Source of the DNA: a virus
Direction: 5' to 3' (one strand)
DNA length: 64,000 bases
IMG/VR virus record: IMGVR_UViG_3300045451_000008
Span: 32,001-96,000 of that record
Shown: piece by piece, positions 1-10,827 of the stretch
How positions within the stretch are numbered: the first letter of the stretch is position 1
How the letters are laid out: each line of letters begins with the position of its first letter
Notes under the pieces: model-generated
What the model saw: only the letters and a program-made list of their open reading frames with translations
Told to the model about the DNA's origin: nothing
Database searches by the model: none
Position numbers and translations under genes: made by a program

Positions 1-60
1 ACATCGAGTACGACAGCGAGGAGCTGGAAGCAGCCGCTCGCGCAGCCAGGAAGGCCTGAC

Positions 61-2249
61 ATGGGCATCCGCAAGAACGTCTACCCCACTGCCACGATCT
101 ACACCGTGGTGTCTCCGCACGAGGTCAACATCCGTCAGTCCCCGCAGTGGGGATGGTCCCTCCGAGTGGACGGGGAGCTGAGTGGCTTCTACAAGACCCG
201 GGACGAGGCCGAGGACGTCGGCTTCAGCATCCTTCGAGACGCACTGATGGAGGAACTGGCATGAGCGACGACCTCCTCTGGAAGGTCCCCGCAGCAGACG
301 TGCGGGAGTACGACATCATGCTCGCGAACGAGGGTGACACCAAGGGCGCCTGGCGGGTCACCAAGACTGCGCGCCACGGCAAGACCAGCTACATCAACGC
401 GGAGAGCGCAACGGGCGTGCGGCGCCTGTTCTTCATCGACGTCGAGGACGTCATCACCATCGTGAGAAGGGACATCTGATGCGCACCAAGGGCAAGAACG
501 TGACCACCGACGCACTGGTGGTCGGGGACATCATCATCCTGGGCGTCAAGGAAAAGCGCTGGGAAGTGAGGTCCGTCACTCCCGCCCGTTTCATGCAGGA
601 GGCACTCCGTGTCCATGTCAGGGAAATCGGGACGGGGTACGGAGAGATCTTCTTCTTCGACCGCAAGGCACTGATGACGCTCGCGCCCTCCGTGACCACC
701 AAGGAGATGGCGGAGGCACAGCCCTTCGCAGAGTCGGCCATCAAGGAGACGGACCGCTTCTCTGGTCGGACCGAGTACAACCTGGGAATGCACAACGCTT
801 CGGTGCAGCTCGACTCGGATGGGCGCTGGGTGAGCTTCCTGGACGGGGAGCCACTGGCCGACCACCTGGACCGGGCGCCCGCAGAAGACCTCGCCAAGGA
901 AGCCCTGCGCTACCACCGGACCATCTACCTGGAGAAGCCCAAGGCGCCGAAGATCCCGGCTTCGGTCCAGCTCGACAAGCTGAACAAGATTCTGGGCGAA
1001 ACCTTCGCGCTCCTGGAGGCTGCCGAGGGAGACCTCACTCAGCGGGAGCAGGGTGCACGCACGCTTGCCCGGCGCATCGTCCGGGAGCTGGGCATCACTG
1101 CGCTGGAGGGCAAGTAGCCGTGGAGTGGTTCTTCATCGGCCCCATCATCCTCATTGCCGTCGTGTGCCTGGGCGCTTTCTTCCTGGACAACGATCTCTAA
1201 TCAGGAGTTGACATCTGACAACCACCTAGGGCACACTGAAGCCAACGACAGCGAGGAGCTACCCACCATGAGCCAGACCCGCACCACCCTCCGCCTCCCG
1301 AACATGACCTACATCAGCAGCGCGAGCGCCGACCACTTCGCCGTGGTCATGCAGAACGGCAGCGACTGGGACGTCTACCAGGACGGCAAGATCGTCAACC
1401 CGAGCGTCATCTTCCGCATCCGCTCGGACGCTGAGGACTGCGCCAACATGGCCCTGGACATGTTCGAGGTCGTCTGGGACGAGGTGAAGAGCTGATGTAC
1501 CCGGCTACCGCCACCACTCAGGTGAACCCTCAGAAGTCCACGGTCCAGTCCGAGCACTACCTCGCAGAGATCACGGAAGAGTTCCGAGGCTGGGCCATCC
1601 ACGTCAACAAGCAGTACCTGGGCACCTTCTGGAGCCGCACCCGTGCCGAGGAGTCCGCGCGTCGTCTTCTCCAGAAGTGGGAGGCGTCGCGTCTGCCGGA
1701 GAAGATTCCGGTCACCCTCCACAAGGGACTCACGTGCAGCATCCTGACCGCCAAGACCGGGACCCTCGTCGTCAAGGAGCCGCGGTTCAACATCGACACG
1801 ATCTGGAACGTCCACGACGGCGCCGAGCTGGTGTCGTGGGCATGGACCCGCCAGGAGGCCGAGGACAAGGCCCGCGTCCTGCTTCAGGAGAGGAAGAGCT
1901 AGTGTCCGCCGCAGCCGACAGCCACCGCAACCTGGCCAAGATCTACAAGGGCAAGGCCGATCAGTTCCGCAAGCAGGCCGCTGAGCAGGACGAGATCGTG
2001 AAGCACCACCTCGCCATGGCCGACAAGATCGACGGGGTCGAGAACCTCGGTCACCTCACCTCCATCAGCACCAACCCCAACGGGACGATCTACTACACCA
2101 AGAACCACGAGGCAGCCGTGCGGCGCTCGCAGGGAAGCTCCGGTGACTCGTGGGAGGTCTACCTGGACCACCACTACACCGAGACGCACACGGACCGCTT
2201 GCTGGCCGAGGTCGTCGCCCTGGGCTTCATCGAGAAGGCGGAAGCCTAA
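61..2249 (+). other. Cluster of small early genes (61-264, 261-479, 479-1117, 1268-1495, 1495-1902, 1902-2249), most sharing a W-x-V-x-x-D-G...R-x-x-A-E module
   Basis: Tightly coupled ORFs (ATGA/TGATG/TAGTG overlaps) with phage-like codon usage; the shared motif is visible in the translations. Confidence 0.75.
1205..1237 (+). promoter_or_regulatory. Palindromic box/promoter copy 1 (GAGTTGACATCTGACAAC; -35 TTGACA, -10 CACACT)
   Basis: TTGACA 1208-1213, 18-nt spacer, CACACT 1232-1237. Confidence 0.8.
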
Positions 2250-2317
2250 ACAAGAATTCCGGACCTACCTGGCACCGGATCAAGCGCCACCAGGCGCCGT
2301 ACCGAAAGGACGCCCTC

Positions 2318-2569
2318 ATGGGTAAGAACAAGAGCGAGACCAAGAACGTCAACCTGAAGAAGCTCGCGCGCGTCAACGCGAACGAGGACCGCAAGCAGGC
2401 CAACGTCGTCGCGCTCCGGGAGCTGGGCCTCACCGCCTACTCGGAGCGCCCGTCCAAGGCCCTGCGCCGCTCCAAGCGCGCGAACCTCACCCAGAACACG
2501 AGCGTGCGCTGGGACACCCCGAAGAAGCTCACGGCGCGGGAGCGCGCTCAGCTCCAGAGCAAGAAGTGA
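2318..2569 (+). CDS. Small basic hypothetical protein
   Basis: AAAGGA RBS; K/R-rich 83-aa ORF. Confidence 0.7.
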   Translation: MGKNKSETKNVNLKKLARVNANEDRKQANVVALRELGLTAYSERPSKALRRSKRANLTQNTSVRWDTPKKLTARERAQLQSKK

Positions 2570-2677
2570 GCGACGCGGCGGTAGACACCCTCGTGCAGGG
2601 GGCCGTCCTCATCACGTTCCTCGTGCTCTTCTACCTCGCCTTCTTCCGAAACTGAGGTTCGTGCTACGTTCTCCTCA

Positions 2678-2720
2678 AAGCCCCGTCAGGATTCTCCAGG
2701 TCCTGACGGGGCTTCTTCGT
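2678..2720 (+). terminator. Intrinsic terminator hairpin
   Basis: AAGCCCCGTCAGGA / TCCTGACGGGGCTT stem followed by CTTCGTT. Confidence 0.8.
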
Positions 2721-2733
2721 TCCCTGAACTCAG

Positions 2734-2766
2734 GAGTTGACATATGACAACTCCCCATGAGAGGCT
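2734..2766 (+). promoter_or_regulatory. Palindromic box/promoter copy 2
   Basis: GAGTTGACATATGACAACTC; TTGACA 2737-2742, candidate -10 GAGGCT 2761-2766. Confidence 0.75.
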
Positions 2767-2912
2767 GTACTCAGCAGGGAGAGAGAAGCTCTCCCACTCG
2801 AAAGGACACAGCTCATGCTCGCTCTCGCCATCTACTCGGCCCCCGGTATCGCCATCCTCGCCTGGTCGGTCGCGGACAAGATCCGCTTCAACCTCCGCAA
2901 GAGCGCCTGAGC

Positions 2913-4873
2913 ATGGACATCAAGAGCATCCGCGACGACCTCGTCACCACCAACGAGCTGGGCGATGGGTCGCGGGAGTACTACATCGACAGCCAGGACC
3001 GGCTCTGCGTGGACCTCTACGAGGATCCCAACGACGGTCAGAAGCTCACCGGGTCCTTCGTCATCAACATCACCTTCGAGAAGAACTGACATGGTCCTGC
3101 GCAACATCGTCACCCACCACCTCTGGAGTGGAGGCAGCTATCTCGACCAGGACGGCAAGCAGACCCTCGTCTCGCCCTGGTGCTTCGAGTCTGTTCACAA
3201 GCTCTGCTCCGGGCGCATCATCCTCGGAGCCGGAGCCTTCCAGAAGTCCACGCGCCCCAAGTGCGACTGCCAGTGCCACAACAAGAATCCGGAGAAGTGA
3301 CCATGAACCGCCTCGCCACCGCCGAAGAGATGCGGAAGGAAGTCCGAGCCGCTGAGGAGATCGTCACCCGCGCCGAAGCGACGTTGGAGCGCACGCGGAA
3401 GTACCTCACGCGCCAGAAGGAGGCTCTCCGCCTCGCAGAGAACCGCGAGCGCCTGGAGCGGGGCAACGTCTGCGGTGCCACTTGGAGGGGCCACACTTGC
3501 ATCCGGGAGTTCGAGCACGGGATTCGACACGACGGCTGGGCTCACCACGACACCCAGACCATGTGGGCCGCTGACGCGAGCTGATGGACTTCACCGAGAC
3601 CGCTCGGTCAATGGTCGAGCAAGGGCAGATCTCCGCGCGGGCCTACAGCGAGGTGCTGACTGCCTACGAGAAGAAAGAGCTACAGCAGCAACACATCCCG
3701 CGGGGTCAGTGGTACACCGTCGTAGACGGCAATCTGAGCTACCAGATCTTCGAGGAGTGGCCGAGACCTCAGGACGAGCCCTACGTCGCTCCCTGGGGCA
3801 CCTGGGACCCTGCCAGACCCGCTCTGAGCGTGGTGGTCTCGGAAGCTCGCAAGGGCACCCGCGGCGGAGAGATGAAACTGCTCTACCGGCACTACGCCCG
3901 GATGCACAGTGTGCAGGACGCTGTCCCTCGCAAGCCCTCGCTCCTGAAGCGGCTGGCAAACAAGATTCGACAGGAAGTAGAAGAATGACCCGCAACGCAG
4001 CAGACCTCGCCGCCACCGTCGCTGAGCTGGAGGAGGTCGCGCGCCTTCTCGGTGAGCTGGGCGTCACCGACCAGGGTCCTCGCTCTCTCGGAGGGCTCAT
4101 CGGTCGTGCCACCAAGGCGCTGAAGGACACCATCCCGCAGGAGTGGGTGATCGGCTGGGTTGGTCGCTACCCCAACGGGGACAAGTACGAGGGTCTCATC
4201 CAGGACGACCTGGAGCAGGCCGAGGACAACGTCCGCATGTGGAACGAGATGGACCGCTACGACGATGACGTAGACCCTGAGGACCGGGTCACCTACGCCG
4301 TCGAGCGGCGCCGTCCTGAGATCCCGGCTGGACCTTGGGAGCCCTACCCTGTCTGCGGGACCGATGTCCCTGGCACCGTTCCGTCCTGGGCCGGTGAAGA
4401 CCAGATCGACCCCTGCCGGTGCATTCGACCGCAGGGTCACGCCGGACAGCATCAGTGCAGCCACTACAAGGAGAAGAAGTGACCGAGAACAAGAATCTCA
4501 TCGAACCCGGCATGCGGGTCACCTGGAACGAGACCGGGGAGAAGCTCTTCGGCAAGACGGACAACTCCGCCCTCGTGACGGGCATCGACGCCGTCAGCCC
4601 GGGCCACACCGGTCCGGCAGCTCACCTCCTCTGGGAGAGCGGCCAGGAGACCTGGGCCTCGCTGTCCTGCCTCAAGCAGGTCGAGGAGTGACCCGCAAGC
4701 GTCGCGGAGAGATGACGGCGGAAGAGCGCGTCTGGGACAACGAGCGCAACAAGCGCCGCAAGGCCCGCAAGCTCTACCGCGGGTGCCCCTGCCTGTGCCA
4801 CGAGTTCGTCGGCGGCTCCGTCCATCGAGGACAGACCTGCGTCTGCAACGGAGGAGAGGGAGTTGTCAGATGA
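2913..4873 (+). other. Run of small hypothetical genes (2913-3089, 3091-3300, 3303-3584, 3584-3988, 3985-4482, 4479-4691, 4688-4873), several Cys/His-rich
   Basis: Coupled ORFs; CxCxCH and C-x-R-x-x-(G/E)-H-x-(G/x)-x-H motifs. Confidence 0.7.
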
Positions 4874-4891
4874 CAACTCCTGTGGCAGACT
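4860..4891 (+). promoter_or_regulatory. Palindromic box/promoter copy 3 (perfect inverted repeat)
   Basis: GAGTTGTCA-GA-TGACAACTC; -10 CAGACT 4886-4891, ATG 4898 (leaderless). Confidence 0.8.
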
Positions 4892-4897
4892 GAACCC

Positions 4898-5257
4898 ATG
4901 AGCATCCCCAACAGCATCAAGGTCACCAGCGAGAACGCGAACTACGTGGACCTCACCCACACCGACGCCATCGAGCCCGTCACCGCGGGCATCTACCGCA
5001 GCCGACTGTCCAACCTGTGGGCCGTCTTCCTGGACGGCGACCGGCTGACCGAGTACACCATGCCCAAGGAAGAGGCCTTGCAGTTCGCGTCCGACGAGCT
5101 GGTGCGGCGCCGCACCCTGGACTACAACGACATCTACCGCCTGGCAGTGGAGACCTTCCCCGCTGGTGAGTACACCAGCACCGGGACCCTCCTCGTCCTG
5201 CGCGAGGCGTTCACCAAGGGCTACATCGCCGCCAAGCAGGGAAAGCGAGCTGAGTGA
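4898..5257 (+). CDS. Hypothetical early protein (W-x-V-x-x-D-G module)
   Basis: LWAVFLDGDRLTEYTMPKEEALQFA; directly follows a promoter. Confidence 0.75.
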   Translation: MSIPNSIKVTSENANYVDLTHTDAIEPVTAGIYRSRLSNLWAVFLDGDRLTEYTMPKEEALQFASDELVRRRTLDYNDIYRLAVETFPAGEYTSTGTLLVLREAFTKGYIAAKQGKRAE

Positions 5258-5626
5258 CATGGCACGAGGACTGACCCGCAGGGAGCGCGAGGAAGAAGAA
5301 CGTCGCCTGGCCGAGATCGAGCGCCAGAAGGACCCCGACATCATCGACACTCCGAAGGAGATGGCCGAGTTCGAGGACTTCTCCAAGCGCTGGACGGCCA
5401 TCCTCAAAGAGGGGTGGGACCGGCAGTGGCTCGTCTCCTACGGCTATGACCCGCCTCCGAATCTGTACTCCCCGCACGCTCGTGAGAGTGACCGAGTGCG
5501 CCACCTCGAACACCAGAAGTGGGCGCAGGAGCAGGAAGCCAAGCGCCAGAAGGAGCAGCGTGCTCGTGACCTGTCCGAGAAGGCAGCGGAGCGTGCTCGT
5601 CAAGAGACCTACAGAAGGGCGATGCA

Positions 5627-5947
5627 GTGATCGGCCTGGAGGGGTGCCCCTTCTGCAAGCGCATCGAGGCGAAGGAGTACGACCGGCGCTGGGGCGACGC
5701 GGTCACGTTCGAGCCTCTGAACCCTGTGACGCCTGGGCATCGCCTGTTCCTCCCGGTGACACACATCGACCCGAGGAACGCCGCGCCCTTCCTCGAAGAC
5801 GTGTTCAAGCTCGCCTACCAGTGGGCGTGGGGGGACTTCAATTTCATCCTCAACGCGGGCGCCGACGCGTCACAGTCCATCGAGCACACTCATCTTCACC
5901 TCGTGCCCCGGCGCAAGGACGACGGCCTCATGCTTCCGTGGAGTTGA
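5627..5947 (+). CDS. HIT-family nucleotide hydrolase
   Basis: N-terminal CPFC, PVTPGHRLFLP, histidine triad QSIEHTHLHLVPR. Confidence 0.92.
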   Translation: MIGLEGCPFCKRIEAKEYDRRWGDAVTFEPLNPVTPGHRLFLPVTHIDPRNAAPFLEDVFKLAYQWAWGDFNFILNAGADASQSIEHTHLHLVPRRKDDGLMLPWS

Positions 5948-5972
5948 CATCTGACAACTCCCATGGTTAGCT
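5941..5972 (+). promoter_or_regulatory. Palindromic box/promoter copy 4
   Basis: GAGTTGACATCTGACAACTC 5941-5960. Confidence 0.75.
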
Positions 5973-6004
5973 CTACTCAGGTCAACAAGCACAAGGAGCA
6001 CACC

Positions 6005-6688
6005 ATGAACAGGGACTACGAGACGCACCCGTCCTTCGGCGCCATCACCATCGGACGCGCGCAGGCTTCGCCCGGCGTCCCGCTCTTCCAGAGCGACCTG
6101 AAGCACCACGACATCATCCGCCTGACCGTGCACACGGCGGTGCGCAAGCGGGACCTGAACCACGACTACGTCCACCCGGAGAAGCCCATCATCGAGGTGG
6201 AGATGTCGCTGGCGCAGTGGGCCGCGGTCATCAGCTCGCAGGGCATCGGCTCGGGCACGCCGGTCACGCTCTCGTACATCCAGGGCCAGGGCCGCATCGA
6301 GGAGCCCCCGTTCGAGCCGCGCATCGAGGAGTCCATCAAGGAGGTCGAGAACAGCACGGCCAAGCTCGTGGAGGGCATCGCTCGTGCACTCGCCGTCCTG
6401 GAGGACGCCATCGAGACCAAGCGTGGCGTCAAGGCCACCCGCGACGCTCTGCGCACTCTGAAGCTGAAGGTGGACCAGGCCAAGGGCAACCAGAGCTTCG
6501 CCGTCCGGTCGATGGCCAACGCCGCTGAGAAGCTGGTCGGCAACGCCAAGGCCGACATCGAGATGGCCGTGCTGAACGCTCAGCGCCTCACGGGTGGGCA
6601 GGCTTCCATCGAGGCGCCCGAGGTCCGCCAGCAGGAGCTGACGGCCGCTGAGGTCATCGAGAACGACGGTCACGGGTGGGACGACTGA
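6005..6688 (+). CDS. Hypothetical phage protein (N-terminal beta domain + coiled coil)
   Basis: AAGGAG RBS, strong codon bias; HPSFG...LFQSD...IIEVEMSLAQWA. Confidence 0.8.
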   Translation: MNRDYETHPSFGAITIGRAQASPGVPLFQSDLKHHDIIRLTVHTAVRKRDLNHDYVHPEKPIIEVEMSLAQWAAVISSQGIGSGTPVTLSYIQGQGRIEEPPFEPRIEESIKEVENSTAKLVEGIARALAVLEDAIETKRGVKATRDALRTLKLKVDQAKGNQSFAVRSMANAAEKLVGNAKADIEMAVLNAQRLTGGQASIEAPEVRQQELTAAEVIENDGHGWDD

Positions 6689-6918
6689 TGCCCACCAAGC
6701 TCGTCCAGTCCCAGGCTGAGGTCATCGCGCTTCAGCCTGGGACCCTCCTCCGCGACAGCGAGGGCAACGCCTACCGAGCCGTGCCGTGGCGCCCCGAGTA
6801 CCTCCGCAAGGAGCTGGGCTTCCTCATCGTCATGGAGACCGAAGGCGACCGGAGCGCTGTCGCCGCCAACCAGATCCCCTTCCCCCTCTTCATCCTCTGG
6901 GAGCCCGACGCATCATGA
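6688..6918 (+). CDS. Small protein with an L-x-x-G-x-L module
   Basis: IALQPGTLLRDSEGNAY...FPLFILWEP; resembles the N-terminus of the 9324 ORF. Confidence 0.7.
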   Translation: MPTKLVQSQAEVIALQPGTLLRDSEGNAYRAVPWRPEYLRKELGFLIVMETEGDRSAVAANQIPFPLFILWEPDAS

Positions 6919-7710
6919 GCAACTTCAGCCGAGCCGAAGAACTCGAACCGAGCATGGACAACGAGGAGTGGCAGTACGGCGTAGCCGAGGACAAGATCGC
7001 CGTTGAGCGTGGCACCGCGGTCTGGTTCGAGTCCGGCTGGGACGCCCTCAACTGGATGAAGGAGTTCGGAGGGCCTGAGTCGGAAGTCCGGCGCCGCCTT
7101 CGTCCTCGTGGTGTCGGCCCTTCGCAGCCGATGGAGCGTCGCATCCCCGAGGGCTGGGTCTACAAGCGCATCCAGGTCACGGTGGAGATCGAGGTGCCTC
7201 GTCCGCCCGACGACACCGGGGAGAACCTGGAGTTCTACTACAACGAGGGCACGTGGTGCGCAGAGAACCTCCCCGACCTCATCGAGGAGCATCAGTACCG
7301 CGTGGGTCACCGCGACTCGTGCATGACCCGTCGTCCGGTCATCAAGGCGCTGGACTAACAAGAATCCAGGAAGCCATCTAGCTCAGTGTCGCAGGACGTA
7401 CAATGCCGTACATGTCCTCCACTGACGATCTTCCTCCGTGCCCTGCACCGTGGATCCCCCCTCAGGGGTACGAGCCCACGGCTCCCGAGCGCATCGCTGT
7501 GGTTCTCGGCCATGCGGTCGAGTCCTTCAACAAGAATCACAAGATGCCCGTCTCGGACATCCTCGACGCGCTCGACGGTGAGACCGCCCGCGTCTGGACC
7601 ACCAAGACCCACGCCCTCGTGCTCACGCGCGGAAGCCAGAAGTTCGAGTTCACCGATCCCGACCTGAACGTCACCCTCGAAGCAGGGGACGTTTTCGAGG
7701 CGGTGGCCCT

Positions 7711-8754
7711 GTGAAGACTCTCGAACAGCTCACGACGCGCACCTTCCGCTCGTACCAGAGCAGCTCGCGCAACGGCGTCAAGGTCAAGCGCGCGCAGCTC
7801 CACCACGGAGCCACCACCAGCGCCATCAACATGCGCGACATGATGGTCTCCGGCTCCCGCCAGGTGTCGGCCAACCGCATCTGCACGGTGGACGGTGAGT
7901 TCTGGGACATCGTAGATGCCTCTCTGCGCGCCTGGACTTCCGCCGACGCCGCCTACGACCGCGAGTCCTTCACCGTCGAGACGCAGAACCTCTCTACCAA
8001 CGGGTGGACCATCTCCCGCGCCTCGCACGAGGCTCTCGCGCAGCTCTGTGCCGCGCTGTCCGTCAAGTACGGCTGGGGGCGCCTGAACCGCTCCGGGCCG
8101 TTCTCCACCTGGAACGTGGTCGGTCACCGCGAGATCTTCCAGTTCCTCGGTCGGTCCTACGCGACGGCGTGCCCCGGAGGCATGGACCTCGAATGGATCG
8201 TCAAGCGCGGCAACGAGATCCTCGATGGCCGCGACAGCATCGACACCCCTCCCGTCGTCATCATCAAGAAGGAAGACATCGACATCATGGACGCTGAGAC
8301 CCGCTCGTACTTCGACAACCGGTTCGGTCGCATCGAAGGCCGCATCGACACCCTGGAGGAGAAGGCGAACGACGGCCTCCAGGACCACGACAACATCGGG
8401 AACCACGTCACCCGCATCTCGAACGAGGCCGAGGCTCGCATCATCGACGTGACCACGCGCGAGGGCAAGGGTGCGCGCGCGTACCAGTGCATCATCACGC
8501 GCCGCACCGTGGTCATCAGCGAGAAGGGTCAGTGGTGGCGCGACTTCACCAACGCCGCCAACCCGGTGGCCGAGGTGGATCAGCTCGCAGCTCAGGGCTG
8601 GTGCCAGAAGGACATTCAGATGCGCACCAAGGAGGACTTCGAGTACCTCGCTCGCAACGCCAACCGGACCTTCCTTCAGGCCAACCCCCTGCCCTACACC
8701 CTGACGGGCGAGAAGCCCCCGGCGCCGCCGACCGCGGGCGGCGTGCTGTCCTAG
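7711..8754 (+). CDS. N-acetylmuramoyl-L-alanine amidase (Amidase_2-type endolysin-like)
   Basis: LHHGAT, VSAN, RAWTS, SFTVE, VVGHRE and TACPG motifs of Zn amidases. Confidence 0.85.
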   Translation: MKTLEQLTTRTFRSYQSSSRNGVKVKRAQLHHGATTSAINMRDMMVSGSRQVSANRICTVDGEFWDIVDASLRAWTSADAAYDRESFTVETQNLSTNGWTISRASHEALAQLCAALSVKYGWGRLNRSGPFSTWNVVGHREIFQFLGRSYATACPGGMDLEWIVKRGNEILDGRDSIDTPPVVIIKKEDIDIMDAETRSYFDNRFGRIEGRIDTLEEKANDGLQDHDNIGNHVTRISNEAEARIIDVTTREGKGARAYQCIITRRTVVISEKGQWWRDFTNAANPVAEVDQLAAQGWCQKDIQMRTKEDFEYLARNANRTFLQANPLPYTLTGEKPPAPPTAGGVLS

Positions 8755-8765
8755 AAATTCTTCTT

Positions 8766-8803
8766 TGAAGGCCCCCTCTGGATTCGTCTGGAGGGGGCCT
8801 TCA
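8766..8803 (+). terminator. Terminator hairpin
   Basis: TGAAGGCCCCCTC / GAGGGGGCCTTCA. Confidence 0.8.
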
Positions 8804-8814
8804 GTGTTGCATAC

Positions 8815-8846
8815 GAGTTGACATCTGACAACCACTGAGGCATGCT
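8815..8846 (+). promoter_or_regulatory. Palindromic box/promoter copy 5
   Basis: TTGACA 8818-8823, 17 nt, CATGCT 8841-8846, ATG 8853. Confidence 0.85.
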
Positions 8847-8852
8847 GGCGAC

Positions 8853-10812
8853 ATGACCGACAACGAGAACATCGACCAGATCCTCAACCCGGGCGCCGTC
8901 ATGGAGGCGTTCGAGCACCTGGAGAAGAACGAGCACGTGGACGAGGCCTCCGCCGTCATCCTGATGGCCGCTCGCGCGTACGCGGACATGGCCGTGGAGT
9001 TCGGCTACGAGTCCTCTGTGCCCAACGTCTTCCTCGCCACCTCGAACCTGATCGCCGTGGACCTCATGGAGAAGGCGCGGCCCACCAAGCAGCTCTACTA
9101 CCGGATCGCCCCGCAGTGGACCGTCATGCCGGAGAAGCCCAGTGCCTGAGGTCATCTTCCTTCCGGGAGCAGGGCCTCAGACCGAGGAAGAGATTCTCCA
9201 GGAACTCATCGACAAGCTGGACCGCGCGGCGCTCATGTCGTGCTCGGACCCTAGCCGCGTCCTCATGACGCTCTACGGCCAGGCATCCGCCGCGCTGAAG
9301 CACCTTCGAGAGAAGAGCAACTGATGACCCGTTCCATCACGAGTGCCGCAGAGCTGAAGGCTCTCCCCGAGGGGGCCGTCGTCCTCGACGCCCAAGAAGA
9401 CGTGTGGCAGCGTCGGGGAGGTGAATGGTGCTCCTACGAATCCGCGCCCGAGATCTCAGAAGTCCTGGCCAAGCGCTACTCCCCCTTCGAGGTCCTGTCC
9501 CCTTCTGGCGAAGACGAGATCCCGGACATCGTCACTCCTTCCGTCATCGAGCTGGCCAGGTGGCTCACTGAGCACAACTACAGCCCGGGTGAGCCCGACG
9601 TAGCCCAGAAGGCTCTCAACGCGCTGAAGGCCCTTCAGAAGGCCGTAGACGAGCCCGTGGTAGCGGAGCTGGATGAGACGTCCGACATCGGCTTTGAACT
9701 GGCCCTGCGCATCGCCGCGGTGACCAATGCCGCGCGCGCCTGGGGCGTTCTCGCCGGAGCCGGGGGTGCTGAGCGAGGGGTCGAGATCCTGACGCAGTCC
9801 CTCAACACCCGCGCGGAGTGGCTCAACGAGTACCTGGAGGCTACCTTCGGCGTCTCCCTTCCGGAGCTGTAGCCATGATGTCGTTCGATGAAACCATGGA
9901 CAGCGTCAGGCAGCAGCACGGGCGTGACCAGGACGCCGTGGGCCTGTGCGACCACTGTGGGGAAGAGCTTCCCTGCCTCGCACTCCAGGCAGTCTCTTGG
10001 GCTGAGTACGAGCACCACCGTGCACGGCGCTTCCTGAAGACAAATCGGGAGGGCTGGACCCTGGCCAACAACCTCAGGCGTCAGCGGCTCGCGCTCCTGG
10101 AGATCATCACGGGCTTCATCGAGCCGAGCGACCTTCCCCTCTGGAAGCGCATCGGCAACCAGCGGCTCGCCATCCGTGACGAGATCCGCACGCGCGGGAT
10201 GTACGAGCGCATCACCACCTCGACTCGCGAGGAGAACAAGAATCTGCGCAAGCGGATCGAAGAGCTGGAGGCTCAGAAGAGTGAATGACACCGAGAAGAT
10301 CGAGCGCTCTATCGAGCAGCTCGCCATCTACTCCTTCCTGCACGACCAGCACGTCTGGGGTCGGCGCGGTGAGGTCCAGGAGGACGGCAAGGTCCGAGAC
10401 CTGCCCTGGGAGGACGCGGGCATCATGGCGCAGGAGCAGTACCGGCAGGACGCCACCATGACCGTGGGTGTCATGCTGAAGCTCGGCTGGAACCCGCCCG
10501 CATGAGGCTCCTCATCGTGCTGGCGGTCGCAGCCATCGCCGCCTTCGTCTGGTTCAAGCCCGGACGCTGACCGAAAGAAGAATCATGGCTCTCGAACACA
10601 TCTACCGGATGCGCCCCGACGGCTCCGAGGGCAACCTCGTGGCTCGCATCGACCCGCTGGACGTTGACTACCTCATCACCATCCAGGCAGCTCGGGACGA
10701 CAACTGGGTCATCATCGCCAACCCGTCTTTCGCCGCTCCGGACTTCACTCTGGAGGAGTGGAAGGACGCCACCCCCTTCGACAATCGCTACTACCGCAAC
10801 GAACGCGGCTAA
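8853..10812 (+). other. Run of hypothetical genes (8853-9149, 9142-9324, 9324-9872, 9875-10288, ~10281-10505, 10585-10812)
   Basis: Coupled ORFs with phage-like codon usage. Confidence 0.7.
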
Positions 10813-10827
10813 CCGAAAGGAGCCCTC

